This document shows positions 49,601 to 64,000 of a stretch of 64,000 nucleotides of DNA, piece after piece; within the stretch, counting starts at the first letter, position 1, and every line of letters begins with the position of its first letter. Below the pieces are notes generated by a model. The model was not told where the DNA came from, made no database searches, and was given only the letters and a program-made list of their open reading frames with translations. Source of the stretch: Ophelia neglecta. Its lineage: Eukaryota. The position numbers and the translations under genes were made by a program. The stretch covers positions 27,218,001 through 27,282,000 of the forward strand of contig OZ260667.1 of the NCBI GenBank assembly GCA_965285935.1. The letters are read 5' to 3'.

Positions 49601-52600
49601 CATATATCTGTCCATAGATACTAATCATTGTACATGAACTATGACATCATTACCTTATAGGCTTATACCATGGTATCCATTTTTCCATTTAAACAATTTA
49701 AGTGACTTTACTGCACCAAGAATGCACCTGAACTCGCAGACAGAAAAAGAAATTTAAATTGTCACTCTAAAACAACAAACTGTTTTGTTAAACATTCCTC
49801 CAAGATATTTTCCGTATTTATTTCACAAATGTTTTGTATGTGTTTAAACCATGATGTTGAAAATTGAAGTATTTTTTACCACATTTCAGTAAGCTAAGTA
49901 CAGTACACATTAATATTATGGCTTCGTGGTCCTCATATTAGACTCTCTTTGCTTTACAAATGAACCATTACCGGTATTATATTTTGCTGTATGATGCTAT
50001 ATGACATCCATACAATCATTATTGTGTTATAATATAATTCTGGCATGAATTAACAATTTTAACATAAATAGATTATGTCCCTCACAGGCCATGGGTCTTA
50101 AAAAACCTGGACCAGACTCCATAGCCCACAAGTACAATCTGTGACCATGGGACCTTAATCATAATTATAAGCTATTAGTACATGCATAATATTATTAATG
50201 GGTCAGAAAATTGTCCTTGTTACTCAGCTGTTAATGGTATTCAGTTTATCCTGATGTATACTGAGTACACCTGTACAGGTATTATAATCTGTTGTAATCC
50301 CTATTACAATATGAGCAATATTGATACAGGTACACGGTGCATTAGATTTGTCAGCAAAACCTGGTGTTTGTTGGACCATATTTTACCGCCTGGTTATGTA
50401 TACTACACATAAGTCTGTACAGTAAATACGCTTTCTTTCATGTCCTATTCTGGTCTGATTATAGGGTGAAGCGTTTGGGGCCAAATCATATTGATGCCCA
50501 TTGATTTAAACCTAGTTTTATGCTGAATTTAGTAGACCCCACAGCAAGGCAAAACATTTTGGGCCAGTGTTGGAAATAAGCTGGAAAATATCATCAGTCC
50601 ATTTCAGAAAGTTACCAGTCCTTGTAAAAAGTCTGCAGTGCCAAATTTGATTATGTTTTCTCACAATGAAAGTGGTAACTGACTAGATTAATGATAAATT
50701 ATATTAACAGTAACCTTTGATGCTAATGTGATTGGCTTGAATCAATTTTAATATGCTTATTTCTTGTAAGGAAATTCGAACAACAATTGAAAACTTATAC
50801 AAAGTTATATTCAAAGTTATATTCTACATGTTTGGCATTAGGCCTTGAGCCTGTAATCATTCGTAAAAAGCCATTTCAACTCAGATATCCGCGATGATAT
50901 ATATGTCCATTTATGCTTATTCCGACCATAATCTAGCCTTGGCTTTTCATATGCTTTTCATCTCCAGAGTCTTAATTACCTCGGAAAATCTTTGATATTG
51001 TGAGTTGTTTGCAGACAGATTTGGCCATATTGTTTGCACAAGATTTAATACACTGATGTACATGTAATTCTGGGCTATTTCCAATGTAAGGGTGTTAACT
51101 GGTTAACCACTAAACACGGAAACCACAATCAGCGGATTGGCCTGGACTGTATACTGGTACATACATGTACATACCATGTGTAAACTGTATCAGCCGTGAC
51201 TGTTCAGATTGCTCTGTGTTTTATGTCGCGAAAAGTGCGACAAGCCAACACACCAGCAGCTAGTGTTCACTTTTGTATCAGAACAAAAAATTATGGCAAA
51301 CCCTTAGGGACTGGCTAATTTGAAAAGTTTCACGTCCATCTCAGTTTCAGCCTGTCACAGAAACTGGGACGGGCACTTATTTCCAATACTACATATAAGC
51401 CCTTTGTTTTTGTAATCTTTTTATTTTAAACAGCTTGCAAAGCAAAATTATCGAATATGTGTCTTGTACAGCATATTGTCCAGCATACTACATTCTACAA
51501 ACCTTTTCAAAATGCAACACTTGGAAGCTAGTACAAAATACAGTGGTCCCTGCGATGTAGGGCCCCTCCGATGAAGGGCCACCTGCAATGGCAGGACAGT
51601 TTTAAAATTCCCATGTCCCATCTTTTCCATGTTTAAGTACCTCCGATGGAAGGCCACCTGCAATGTAGGGCCACTTTTCCTTGGATTTAGGGGCGGCCCT
51701 ACATCGCAGGGACCACTGTATAGTGAATATAAGGGCAAATTTTGTAAATATACAAAGCTTTCGATGCACTATACATGTATTCTAATTTCAAGCCTTTTTC
51801 ATCAAAAAGTCTTGTATTGATGAATTTAAAATAGTTTGATATCTCAAAATGGATACGTTGTCTGTAATATTGGATACCTATGTGCTGCCCTAAATATAAT
51901 GCAATTCAATTATTATTAAAAAAGACATGCTTACATGTGTGTGGTCTAAGTTTTCAATTACTGACTTTACTGACTTTAATGCTATACATACATGTATATC
52001 AAGAACAGTAAGGCCACTTGACATTTTAGTCATGGAATTATCAGGAATAATGACCAAGAATTATCTATGTTTCTGCTTACTGTTATAAAAACCACCATCT
52101 GTCCCTAATCATCTATACAGGTATAACCATTGAATGGGGCTAGAATGGAAATAAATCCTGCACACACTAAAGATAATAATATTGATATGAATGGGTCTGG
52201 AGAGTGGAGACACTTCCAGGTGATAATTGTAGACACACACACACAACGGTGCATGCCCATTTATTCTAATATTTTCCAACATTGATACTTATGGAATCAT
52301 GAGCCTGCGAGACAAATGATTTTTCTAGAATCATGTCAGCCAGCAAAATACTGTACATGTACACCATTGTGGACTAAACTATTGTCAACTTATTTTTTCA
52401 GGCAGTTTCTTCTGCCTGTATTTTCCCTTAAACATAATACATTAAGGGAAGAAATCAAACTGAAGTCCATGTGAAACAAAACATGGCCACATTGGAGGTA
52501 CATCTGTAGAAATAATCATAGAAATAGAATGTTCCTAGGTGTCGGGCATTTGAAATATGTGTACCTTGAACATATATATGTGAATTGAGGCATGGTGGCT

Positions 52601-54519
52601 ATACCAGTCATTGATTCTGTTACATTTGAAATGAAGGCATGCCAGTATATTGTTTGGAATGTTCATGGGCAGCTAAAACTTAGTGTGGTAATATCTTAGG
52701 AAGAGTATGCAATAAAAGTTGGTAATGCACTTTGGCAGGTGTATTAATTTATAGATCGCAAACCTTAGATATATTGAAATAACAGCTGGGGCCCATCACA
52801 AGTTCTCAACACAGCTGTAGCTTTCCATGGTATTAACCCTTATTGGCTTTCTTCCTGCATTAATTGTAATCTTAATCATAACCTTATGAACATGTATGCC
52901 CAACATTTTATTTCAGTACAACTAGGATGAAGATGTAATAATATAATGCATAATCATCCCAGAGAATATGTACAATTATTTCACATGCTCTTTAGTTGAG
53001 TATGAAACATTGTGTATCAGAGTGCCTGTTCACACCCCAGCATCATATTACTATAAGTTTATGAGTAACTGCTGTGGCCGCTTTATCTTTATAGCTCTTT
53101 TGCACCAGCTAGAACAATATTTTCTGTTCCAGACCGAACCGTGTCCCTCATAGAAGCTTAAATTCTTTCAGCAAGTGTAGCGCTGCTGTTCCACAATAAG
53201 TTAGTTTCCCTTTTGGTTCTTCTTTATTTTTATTTGCTATAAAACATCACCACTGAATGCCCAAGGTACAGTGTATGCTTTAAATATATGTGTCTTATAG
53301 GTCATTGCCTTGAGAATTATGTCCTCATAAAATGCCATGTGGCAGTGGGTATAGCTTGTACAGCAGGGCCCCTAGGCCTGCAGACAGGTTAATCTCTGCT
53401 CCGTTAAGATTGCTGTTTCGGAGCAGACAGACCCTGCATTGCCAACTGCAAGAAAAACTAGCTGTAACTAAGCACCGTCAGATGCCTTGACTAATGATGC
53501 CAGGGCCAAATCTAGGAACAATCGCAGTTGGCAGCAAATATGTCTTGTTGATTAATCGCCCTTTGCTGGAGAGTTTTTACATGTTTTTTGTACAGGGTCA
53601 AGGTGACTTAATGACTGGAAATGTTTGATAAAGCTAAGGGCTCTCTCTTTGACACCTGTTTGTCACTTTTGTGAAATTTATTCTGAAGTTATAGCCAGCC
53701 TAAGAGACTTGCAGCGTAAAGTTTAGTCCAGTATGTAACATAATGCCTTGGTTTGACTTATGAATTACATTTATCTCTTATATCCTGTACAAGTAAATAG
53801 AGGTTCCAATTGTTGGCACATTAACACCAAATCGTTTAAGTGTCTTGTGCTCTTGTGCTGAATTTCTTGTATTTTTATAGTGTAGTATATATAAACTTTC
53901 TCTTTCATATTGAAGGAGTAGTCCACAACTCAGCCAGTCCAGCCTCTCTGTCCGTAGTACAGTGATATGTCCACAGCTTATGGGCTTCAATCTAAATAAT
54001 ACATGTATTATTAGAAGGATATGGAACATCTTTGGACAGGTTGTGGATCTAGGCAACTCAAATAAACATGTTCTTTGTACAAACTACAGTACGAAGACAA
54101 TTTTCATTCAACTCATCAGCATAGATCAACAATAGGATACCCCCATCCCAAACCACAAGGATCTAAATTATTTAAATAATTTCAATAAGTACTACCCTGG
54201 TAGTATGAAAATATGTAGCAGTCTCAACAAAATACAAAGGCCTCAGTTTTGCCCTTAAATTCAAGATTATTTTGATCTTAACTACAATTCTGGTATTATC
54301 ATTCTTGTATCATGTACATGTACTTGCGACATCATTGTACCGGGTACTCAACACTTACTTTGTATTTTTTCAGGTGAACTTTCTGTTTTGCCAGCTGCTT
54401 GCGGTGACTCTTGGCTGGCCCTATAGACTGTTGTTTGGGCCTCATCAAACCTCCACCAGGGTCAGACACATTTTACAGTTGGCTATCGGGCTGCCTCTTG
54501 CCTACTTCTGTTTTGGCAG
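46627..54519 (+). CDS. MBOAT2: MBOAT1/2-type lysophospholipid acyltransferase, first two coding exons (partial gene)
   Basis: Exon 46627-46713 MSFTSKLFVYDGSKLLEPITNILGLPIDQ|gt and exon 54374-54519 VNFLFCQLLAVTLGWPYRLLFGPHQTSTRVRHILQLAIGLPLAYFCFG|gt. These match the MBOAT1/2 N-terminus (LPIDQ|VNF..CQL.A...RH...FCFG). No later exon was recognised in the window. The symbol stands for an MBOAT1/2 co-orthologue. Confidence 0.88.
47792..48038. mobile_element. hAT-like MITE (CAGGG...CCCTG)
   Basis: TIR CAGGGCTTTTTTT / AAAAAAAACCCCTG; 5-bp flanking duplication ATAGA. Confidence 0.7.
50565..51391. mobile_element. Non-autonomous TIR element (hAT-like), ~830 bp
   Basis: CAGTGTTGGAAATAAG ... CTTATTTCCAATACTA inverted termini; no clear TSD. 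Confidence 0.55.
51541..51718. mobile_element. Young Tc1/mariner-pogo-like MITE
   Basis: Perfect 24-bp TIR CAGTGGTCCCTGCGATGTAGGGCC, TA on both sides, internal direct repeat CCTCCGATG..GGCCACCTGCAATG. Confidence 0.9.
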
Positions 54520-56600
54520 GTTAGTAGAGTTTTGGGCCAGGTGTACGCTATGTATGACATGGGAAAGTGGCTTATTCAAGTTCTTTACATACAGTTAGTT
54601 TTTAGTTTAATATTAAAACTTGACATTAAAATTAGCTTTTTCTAGTGAGCCTTAATATGTGGCTCTCAAGCAATGCAGTTTGCTACCAAACTGAAGTCCC
54701 CCACTTTTGAGGGCACACAGGTTTGATACTGCACTGTGACTCCACAGAGTCTGGAGCCACATACTCAGAGGGCATGCATGATCCACATTACTCTTAAAGT
54801 GTTTGAAGTGTAAAGCTTGATAACTTCTGGTCGTATGGAATCTTATTCAAGATGTGACAAGATACATGGGCAGAGATACGAGGTGAATTATTAGAGGCTC
54901 GCCCATCTCCCAGCCAGCAGGGGTAAGGTCTTAGCTGTGGACCAAGGTCTCTTTAAGTGGATTGAGGGGGGGGGGGGCAACTAGAATGCTCCTTCTCATT
55001 CAATGGTAAGGGGATGTTGGGGAAGGAGGCCCCTCTCCTCACTACTCTCACTGTGAGGGTAGGGGAGGGGATCTAAGGACAATACCGCCTCTTACTTACA
55101 GGGGAGATGGGGAAGGAGGGGGATCTGGGGTCAAGGTGAGATGGAAAAGGAGCTAGACACCATTTCCTTTGGGAGAAAGAGGATGGAAGCAAGCCTCTTT
55201 CCCCCTCATCCCATATGAAACAGATTTTTGGCTCTAACCATAGATCTACATAAACATAACAGGACAACTGCCCTAATGACTTTTTAACGAGCAGGCCTTG
55301 CTGTCCCTGTGGACACAAATTGGCAGGACTCTGAGAGAAAGAAGTAAATCGGCCAAGTTTTTTCACGGGCCTTTCCAAAAAGAAATTATGTTATCTTGCA
55401 AATAATGGTGAGGTGAACTGATCCTCGGAATACAGTCCAAACTAAATGAACGTAATATATGCCCCTCCCCCTCCCTGGGGATAACAGTTGGATTAGCCCC
55501 AAAGTAAAAAGCCCCTTTTCGATTCCTCCTATTTCTTATCACGCCATGATAATCCCTCCAGGCAGCGTACAGTTGAAGTGATTTTCATAAAATGTGGAAA
55601 TGAAAGTGCTTTACTTTTTTACCTTATCTTTTTCATTTCCTGCCTATCTTTCTCCCTCACTGCTGATTTGTTTCAAAGCCTAGAGTAAAGTAAGAAAGAT
55701 ATCGCCCACTCACAGTGATGTAATAAAATTCTTTTAAATATTTTTCTATGGTCATTGGAGTAAATTTTTACATAAATACCACCCTTTTATGGTTATTTTT
55801 TCCCATTAATGTGAGTATGATAAACACATGTATGTGTTTGTGTATTAAATCCATTCATCTGTAATCAATAATACTTAATATTTATCTTGCTTATGTAAGA
55901 CTTAAGCTCCTTAACTGACAAGTAAATATAGTTTTTGTAGAATGCTATCTCTATAATCTCTTGAACTCTATAATCAGCCCTGACAGCAGATAGATGAGGG
56001 ATTGGCCGGTGTGAGACTTAATATTTCAAGAATACACTAGGGGTTATGTTAAATAATATGAAGTAGATATTAGAAAGAAGTTCCTTTTACATTTAACCAC
56101 TTGGACCTAGTTGCCATGAAAGTTATTCCACCTCTGAACCCCAGGAAAAACTCTTCAGTGAATAAACTGTGTGCCAAAATAGGTGAAAACAGATAGAACT
56201 TCAACAAAGTAATGAGTGGCATTACGATGATAATGTATACTTGAAACTTGGTCACTTACATGTCCTAACCAAGCGCATGAATGAAAAAATCAACATTTGA
56301 TTTAATCGTAATCTAAGGTGTTAATATCAGGTCACGTTTATCAGTTAGATGGTTTTTATTTCAAGTTGAATTTGTGAATTTTTTTATTATTTAATAATAT
56401 TGTACATAGCAAAATGAAATCTTCCATTAATCCAACTTATCTTGCATTTAGTTGGGTGAATTTATGATGTTGAATTTTAGTGCAAAAATTGCCAAATAAA
56501 ATATTGCGCCAATCAATTATAGGTGATGGCCCATCTGTTGCGTAAAACAGATGATCCATTATTAAGTTAGTACCGATTGACAACACTAAAAGTAACTTGT

Positions 56601-56702
56601 CCTTAGAACAATGTGATATGTACTCAGACCAATGCAACGTGTACTTAGAACAATGTAATGTGTACTTAGACCAATGTGTATTGTACTTAAAACAATGTGA
56701 CG
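56601..56702. repeat. 21-bp tandem repeat (~5 units, CTTAGAACAATGTGATGTGTA-like)
   Basis: Direct periodicity in the sequence; it explains the repetitive ORFs at 56597-56806 and 56437-56715. Confidence 0.8.
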
Positions 56703-57440
56703 TGTTGAAATTCATTTATGTTAATTCAGCCCTGTTGAATTATATTCTGTTGCATTTCTACATGTACTTAATAATAATGTATGCAATAAAAGGACTGAAA
56801 ATATGATAACTATCTGTAAAAGTACATTTTGAACAATTAAGCTGTAAATGGTTGCTGAAAGGCAGGTGTGTTTCAACAGATGATTCTATTATATGTGAAT
56901 GGTTAGGCTATGAACTGTTACAATTTCCAAATTTCCAAAATTGTATCATTATTTTATCCCAACTAGGGTCTCCTGAAATATGAAGCATGATGCTTGACTA
57001 GTTAATATTTTACTGGCCTAGTTAATGTTGAGCTGATGCAGATGATTTTTAAACATATTTTGGTCTCCGGTCATCCAAGGTGGATGGGTGCTGAAGAAAT
57101 GTGTTGTCTTATATTCTACATGTATCAAATACAGGTATTTCCTGTGGAGTCTGTATTTATCATTATGTATTATTCAGAAACTTGATTATTGATAAACACG
57201 GGCCATGCAGTCAAATGGAATTGGAATCATGTTTTATTTTAACAAGTTTTGAGTACCTGTAATACATGTATAGATTAGAACAAAGGAACAGCTAAAGTCT
57301 TCTTAGCAGACATTGACATCAAAAATAATAAAGATAGACACCATTAATCTACCTGTACTCTGTCTGAGGCAACAGCTGCACTGAATTAATTGAAGTATTG
57401 GTATACAATATTGTAAATTCTAATTTAGGCCACTTTCATC

Positions 57441-57689
57441 CAGGGGTCTACACTAACTTTTCTCAGCACGTGCCCTGAGGGCAAGTAGCACCAGGAAACT
57501 ATTTGCCGCACCATAGGCTTATTGTCCCAAAAATATTTGTACATATAAAATATACAAAATTTCCAAAAATTGGCGATTTGGGGAATTTTAGCAGGTTGCC
57601 CAGCGGGAAGTTAGTAGCTAAAACCTTTGTGCCCGCAAGCAGATTTGAGTTGCCCCATGACGTCGGGCAATAGTTAGTGTAGACTCCTG
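57441..57689. mobile_element. hAT-like MITE, inverted copy of 29697-29940
   Basis: Extensive reverse-complement similarity (e.g. AAAACCTTTGTGCCCGCAAGCAGATTTGAG). Confidence 0.85.
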
Positions 57690-57892
57690 ATGAAATAAAT
57701 AGAAAAATAATGAGAACCTTTAAATATTTGGTTGTAGACACTTTCTAGCAAAAGCACCAAAGGAATGCAGTTCACAACTGTGTGTGGAGTTCTCTTCATG
57801 ATTTAATGAATATTACAGGGACCTAGGTCCGTCTTAACTGGACAGGAAGTATGAAGTATAGAGTTCCATCCCACAAATTGGTAGAAATATGT

Positions 57893-58084
57893 TTTTGTAA
57901 AGCCCTTGATTTCCACAAGCATTTTATTTGGTGAATTTTGCAAGCAGGATCAAACAGCAAAATTAAAGGGCCTGCGAAAATTGAGGTCCTGTGAGAACCT
58001 TTTGCCGGTCGCTCTAAAACGCAAAATTAAATGGTAGCAAAAAAATTGAGCCTTAAAACTGCAAATAATAAGGGCTTTACAGCA
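57893..58084. mobile_element. MITE, TACTGTAAA family
   Basis: TGTAAAGCCCTT...AAGGGCTTTACA inverted termini. Confidence 0.6.
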
Positions 58085-61000
58085 TATTGCAAGCTGTGTT
58101 GGCTGGCAGCCTGTCTGAGATACATGTAAATGTACAGATTGATAGTGTGGGGAATCTTTCAAAAAACCATGATGGATGATGGTTTGCAGATGGGTTCTGA
58201 TGAAGGATGGTAACTAGGGTGATCCTTAGGTTATTTACATACCTAGGAACATGAAACTACGTGTAATCAAATCAGTAACCTAACTGTCATGGATTAATAG
58301 GCTTTTAGTTAACCATGTGAAGCATGTTGAAAACACCTTTGCATAACAGCCACGTGCTTAACTAATAAATGTGCTACTGGCCCTTTGGGTGGGCAGGGAG
58401 TTAATCATTCTAGTGGCCCTAATGGTTTAAATAAAGGAATATTCACTCTACATTCTTATGGATTTGGTCCCAACACACACGACTAGTTTTTTATTTGTCC
58501 AGGCACAAATTTTGACTTTAATGAAATTAAAAGTGGTGGTAAAAATAATGTAATGTACATTCTTTTTGCATCATGTATTATTACATATTTGGTTGATTTT
58601 GTTACTTGTTCACAATTATGATTAATCTCCATTTTGGGAAAGCTGTCTTAGCACTAAGGACTATAAATTATAATGTGCATTTTAATGTATGTCAATTAAG
58701 GACCTTAGAAAACGTGAAAAAAGATTGAATTCTGGCAAAAATTAAGTGCTTTACAGGAATGAAACATTTATGTTAGAATTGGTAGAAGACAAACATATGA
58801 AGTTGACATACTAATAGCTACGAGAGGGTAGTATGTTCATCTCACATTGTCACGTTCACTATGCATAGAAAACTTCATATTCCCTCCCTGCCACAATCAG
58901 TGCCTGCATGCACTGACATCCAAAGCACTGTAGTTAATTAGCCTTCTGTGGATTTCAACTGTTTTACCTGAAAACCTGGCATAACGCACCTATATGGTTT
59001 CACAGCAAGCCCAATATGCCATTTTCTCACCATTAGCATTTCTGAAAGTGCTTATAATAATCGTGTGGTTTAAGAGTGCAATTAGAACATTCCACATTTA
59101 TTGGCTTGGAAAATACCTTATTTTTGTGAATGCCTGATTAAGTTGTATACCTGGTTAGGTTTCTGCAAAGAATTCACATGTTAGGGCCAAAAACAAATCT
59201 ATATCAAATGCTTGTAGTGGGTAATTGATCTCCTGGTAATAGCTATTATATTGGCCTATACAAACAGGGAACAAGACTTGTACATACACATGAATGCTGC
59301 CGGAGTTAGGTGGACACTCGTGGCTTTGGAACCAATAGGGTATTTATAAAAATTCCTTTGGATAAGAGCTTAGAAACCTGCTCCCCCTTTCTGCCCTGGA
59401 GGGGCACCCATCCAATTCTCTCTCTCCAAGCTGTAAACTGACCCTTGATTTAGGAAATGTTTAATCTGTTAGGGATGAAGGAGTACATTGTGCCATTTGA
59501 ATAATCACCATGAATGCTGAGTGATTGGGAGAGGATCCCACTAGAGGGCTGCTTTTAAACAGGGTAAACGGTAGTCTGATATCTCATTGTATTATCGAAC
59601 GTAAAAACGTTAAAAATACAACTATATTATACTGTTTGAAGACGGATCAAATGTACTACATTCAGAGTCATAAAAGGACAAGAAGTATCAAATTTAATCA
59701 TGTTAATCTGTTAATGACTCAAGTTGTTTCACCAAGCACAGCGAATTATATAACTGGGAAAATTCCAATTAAAGCTTGGACGTTAGCCATGATCATGATT
59801 ACTTACCTGAATGGTGTACCAGGTTGACTGGGCAGCCCAGGGCACTGCAGGAAAATGTGACTTCTCAAGTGCCATGAAACAATCTAATAATGTCTACCAG
59901 CCCTGACCCAAACCTCGATAAAACCTTATTGAAATTAGAAGTTGACATAATGATACAATTAGCTAATCTCATTAGGTTGACAGATCACCTATTAGAAAGT
60001 CTGAGGAGTTGGGAGGCATTCCTGGAGATCAGACTTGTTGAAATGAACAGTGCTCATGTACATGAAGATCCTCCTTCATTGGAACTTTAAATACCTGCCA
60101 ACAGCAATAACTGCATTCAGCTGAAGATCTCTTACCGGGTATACTGGAAAATCATTTTTATATGCATAATTTCAGAACTAATTTAGTAAGAAAATGATTT
60201 ACATATTTTTATTTCTTCCTGTAGGCCAATGAGGGACAGATAGGACAGAAGTTAGAAGGTACCAGTTATAATCTTTAGCACAAGAACACCTACTATTTAT
60301 CAGGGGATGCCAGCAAGTAAATTTTGTATAATTAGTCTGTTTGTCAGCTGAGAGTTTTACCCCAGGGTCGTCCCATCTCACAGTACAATATAAAGCTTTG
60401 ACTCTCTAGCCAGGGTTTCCCTCTCCATTTCCTTGCTGTTCTGACATGATAGAGGCATCAGATAGTTTTACAGTAAGATCAGTCAATTCATCAGGGGGAG
60501 GGAGAGTTTATTTTTTCTACATTGGGTGAATGTGCCTTATTTCAGTGGACTTTTGGTAAAAGTAACCTGTGTTATTGGTGGAATTTCCACCACAGCCACA
60601 GTGAGCCACCTCTATTATATACCTGTAATCTCATATCCATCCTGGCATCTTACAACTAGTGTACATGTTATAGTTAATCTATATCCATGAACATGATATA
60701 ACCTGGGCTATCATATTAAATCCCATTTAATTTACTTATTTTTGTTTGTCCCTTCCCCCCCCCCCCCCCACCCCCATTTCCTCCCCTTTGGTTTACCAAA
60801 AAGAATGAGTTCATTGCCTCCTCTGAGCAGTTGAGCTGCCTTGTTTTCCTTCTTAAAATGGGTTTCCCAATATTGATTCATCACCTACGCTCTTTCTTCT
60901 CCCTGTAGCCCAGCCTACAGGGATAGACAAACTCAAGTTTGAGTAAACTGGCTTCCTGTGCTACCATGTTATGCAGAGAACTAAGGGAGAACTAAGGAAG

Positions 61001-61709
61001 AGGATTTCCTGGTTTCTTTGGACATAAATATACTCTTGACATGTTTGATCCCTTCAACAGCTGTGTTAAAGACCCTTCAGATTAAAGGCTTATTGAGCAA
61101 TTAATTCTCAGTGGAAATTTCAGTCACACCATCTATGCCAGTTGCAGGGAAACTATCAAAATATTTATTGTCGTGACTTTATGGATTTAACATGCTGCTA
61201 TCATTGAAATAGCTGTTAACGCTGTAGTTATCGACAAACATGAAAATGCTCATTGAAGCTTGTAATGTGTTCAAGCACATACTTGCAATTAAGACTCTTT
61301 TTCTCCAACTTCATGATTCAGAATGACTAAAAACTTATATCTCATAACTCAAGGCAGCCTGCTACAACAATATCCCATTGTCCTTTAGCTTCTACCTGAC
61401 ACTCTTGTTCCTATAATTTTTTAATGCTGTTTAATTTGTAAATTCTGCTAGGAGAGAAAATAAGAAGTTTTGTAGCTACAAACTGAAATATAAGTTGATA
61501 TATAGGGGTGAATTTTATGCTATGAAATTCACATTGGGAAGGTATTTAAATTATGTACAGTCAATATAAGAAATTGAGCCCACCAAAGGGCCGGGAAATC
61601 ACAGTCTGATTATGGAGGTGGTCATATTAGACAGGTTTTTCTATATGCACATTTTGCTGTATGACCTTCATATTAGTGGTCTGACTTGACAGGGGGGTCT
61701 TAATATACA

Positions 61710-61930
61710 AGCTTAAAGGTGCTTAATATTAAACCTTTATATATAAAACCTCCATAGAAAATTTAAATAAGGTCACATAAAAAAGGATTTTAAAAAACAG
61801 AACAAAAGAAAGTAATGGCACACATTTATTTCCGGCCAATAGCCAATTAAAAGCTTTAGCTAGCCTGAAGAAATGAGTTTTTAGCTTAGATTTAAAGGCT
61901 TCAACTGACTGGATAAAAATATAACGGTAG
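61710..61930 (-). mobile_element. Degenerate CR1/L2-type LINE 3' fragment
   Basis: Translation SVEAFKSKLKTHFF resembles the FKS.LKTHLF C-terminus of CR1/L2 ORF2. It abuts a truncated MITE at 61558-61703. Confidence 0.5.
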
Positions 61931-62096
61931 GCTGCTTTACGAATGGCTCCAGAGCTTAGGTCAATAAATGAAGAAAACTCAATCGCCAACAATGACCAGT
62001 CTCCAACTGGGTTCCTTGAGAAATATGTAGAATAATTAATTAGCAATAAATCATTCATTTATTCATGATTTGTGGTTTCTTTCGTGCACATTTATA

Positions 62097-62670
62097 GCCT
62101 CCCGGAGGGACGACTTGATCATGTCTCGTCTGCGCATCGGCCACTCACATCTTACACACACTCACCTTCTGAGAAGAGAAGACCCACCTTTTTGTGAGGG
62201 CTGCCAATGCCAGATTACCATCCAACACATTCTGTTGGAATGCAGCAAATTCGCCGAGACTAGATGCCGTTTTTATAACGTTAACAGCCTCAAAACATTA
62301 TTTGACAAGATCTGCCCACAGCAGATCCTTGGTTTCTTGAGATCCATAGATCTCTACTACAAAATGTAGATCTTAAACATGGAATCCAATTTTAATGTGC
62401 GAAAGTTTATAGAACTTTCTTTTATCTTTTTATTAAACAAGTAACCTTTTATGTTCCTTTACTAACACTTTTTAGTCAGAAAACATCTGACCCACCCACC
62501 TAGAAGATTTTTATAAAATAGAGCTCAATAACCGCATACTTCTTACTATTATCCCCATGTAAATAAAAAATAGACAGTACAATAAACGATTAACTATACC
62601 CAACTTAAGACACTAAATGACCCACATGGTGTCTATGTGTCGTTAAGCCCCAAAAATCCAAATCCAAATT
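62097..62670 (+). mobile_element. 5'-truncated I-group (I/Nimb-like) LINE
   Basis: ORF2 C-terminus SRLRIGHSHLTH...CEGC..TIQHILLEC (CCHC), 3' UTR ending CGTTAAGCCCCAAAAATCCAAATCCAAA, and a 13-bp TSD GTGCACATTTATA (62084-62096 / 62671-62683). Confidence 0.9.
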
Positions 62671-64000
62671 GTGCACATTTATATGGATAGCCGATGTAGA
62701 TCCTGCCATGTGATACATGTACATTGGTTTATATTCAGTGGCGGTAACAAAGGAAATTGACCTTTACCGATCATCAGAGTCTAATAAATTGCTATATTAT
62801 ACTATAGCATTAATTTGTTATGCTCACCATCATTTGTTTTCTGTCATCCAATGGCCATAAAATTGAGGACAATGATAATTTTGTTCTCAAGCAACAACTC
62901 CACTAGATTAGTTTTTACAAATAAAATTACCCTGTAATTGACATATTACAATTATATAGAAAGACACATTTTATTGCCCTAACAGATGTGTTATGCACAG
63001 TCATATTAACCATTAGATACAGGAATAGTTGATGCATCAGAGTTAATTTGTTATTTTTGCCTTAGCTTGATTGAAATGGAGTAATCATTTAATCAATATT
63101 TTATTTTGTTTTCAAGTATCAAGTAGAACAAGCTTCCATGAAATATTGTCATAAAAGACCGAAGCATACAATTTCAGTTATAGACATTGATGCCCATGGT
63201 ATCGAACATTTACATCTATTGAATGTATGCATGTATAGCCCAATATGGCTCAAAAATTAAAATACAAATCTTGAAAACTTTTTATTTAGGTACCGGTATA
63301 TGAGTTTTATCATTATATATATCATTTAATAAATAAACAGTAATGCCTTTAAATGCATTGTTGTTATAGTAAAAAAGAACTCGTTTCATTTAATGAATCA
63401 TAATGGTCTCTTTTACTAGTTTCAACAGTACTCCTGTTTCATCAGAAACAAATTTATATAGCGATTGCTACATTATAGTCTTAGGATGTTTATTTACTGT
63501 AGAAGTGAGTGAGATATAACATAATTAAAATCGATTGGAGAAGGTTATCACACATGCAAACTATTGTTCTTCTGCCTTATCCATGTTATCATTTACAACA
63601 TGTCTGGGCTGGTCATGTATACATATTGTACAATCATGATTGTAACTTGATTTCTTATTGTTAAATAATATCATATCAATGATAAATACAATTGTTTATT
63701 GGCTGATATTACAATTCAGACATAAGAGTGGCAGATTATACAATATTATTGGGTGATTTTCTTGTCCCTGCCTATCACCCGTTCTGACCCTTTGATTGAG
63801 CAGTTATACACTGAGCTGTTTTTAAACATTTGCTGATTAATGCATGTAGAGATAATCTACTGGTACCTAGCCCACTGCTTAACTGCATTAAGTTCAGGTT
63901 AAAATATGAAATACATTTCTTTGGAATCAATGAAAGCTTTCTGTGAATCGCATATTTTGTAGAATGGGAATGTATTAAATTTTGTGTCCACATACGCTTC

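Noticed and set aside
59525-60090. 100-aa and 66-aa ORFs
   Set aside because: No recognisable homology or supporting splice structure.
54520-64000. MBOAT exon 3 candidates (acceptors near 58502, 60224, 60908)
   Set aside because: Each hits a stop or lacks similarity in the required phase; the exon is probably beyond the window.

Overview
AT-rich, intron-rich animal genomic DNA, probably a mollusc or other lophotrochozoan (inferred from a Meta/MESC-type SINE). Three protein-coding genes were reconstructed by hand from splice signals and reading-frame continuity. (1) A complete ADAM17/TACE orthologue on the minus strand (5794-23932; 22 coding exons per transcript, about 790 aa). (2) A complete SPAG1 on the plus strand, head-to-head with it (27568-42649; 20 coding exons, about 1068 aa). 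(3) The first two coding exons of an MBOAT1/2-type lysophospholipid acyltransferase (46627-54519; the gene probably continues beyond the window). The best candidate for an undescribed system is in ADAM17. The exon encoding the substrate-binding edge strand of the catalytic domain exists as two tandem, intact 139-nt paralogues (21/46 aa identical) that keep the frame only when exactly one is used. The intron between them holds a near-perfect 24-bp RNA duplex that covers a candidate 25-nt micro-exon, competing UCCCACA/UGUGGGA pairings and a perfect RFX X-box. ADAM17 also has a U12-type intron and a cytoplasmic tail with PPxY, PSAP and PDZ motifs. SPAG1 has a GC-AG intron and a minisatellite made of copies of one of its splice donors. 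Non-coding DNA holds many MITEs, a ~2-kb TIR element inside the shared promoter, a tRNA-derived SINE and LINE 3' fragments. No database searches were run; homology statements rest on recalled family motifs.
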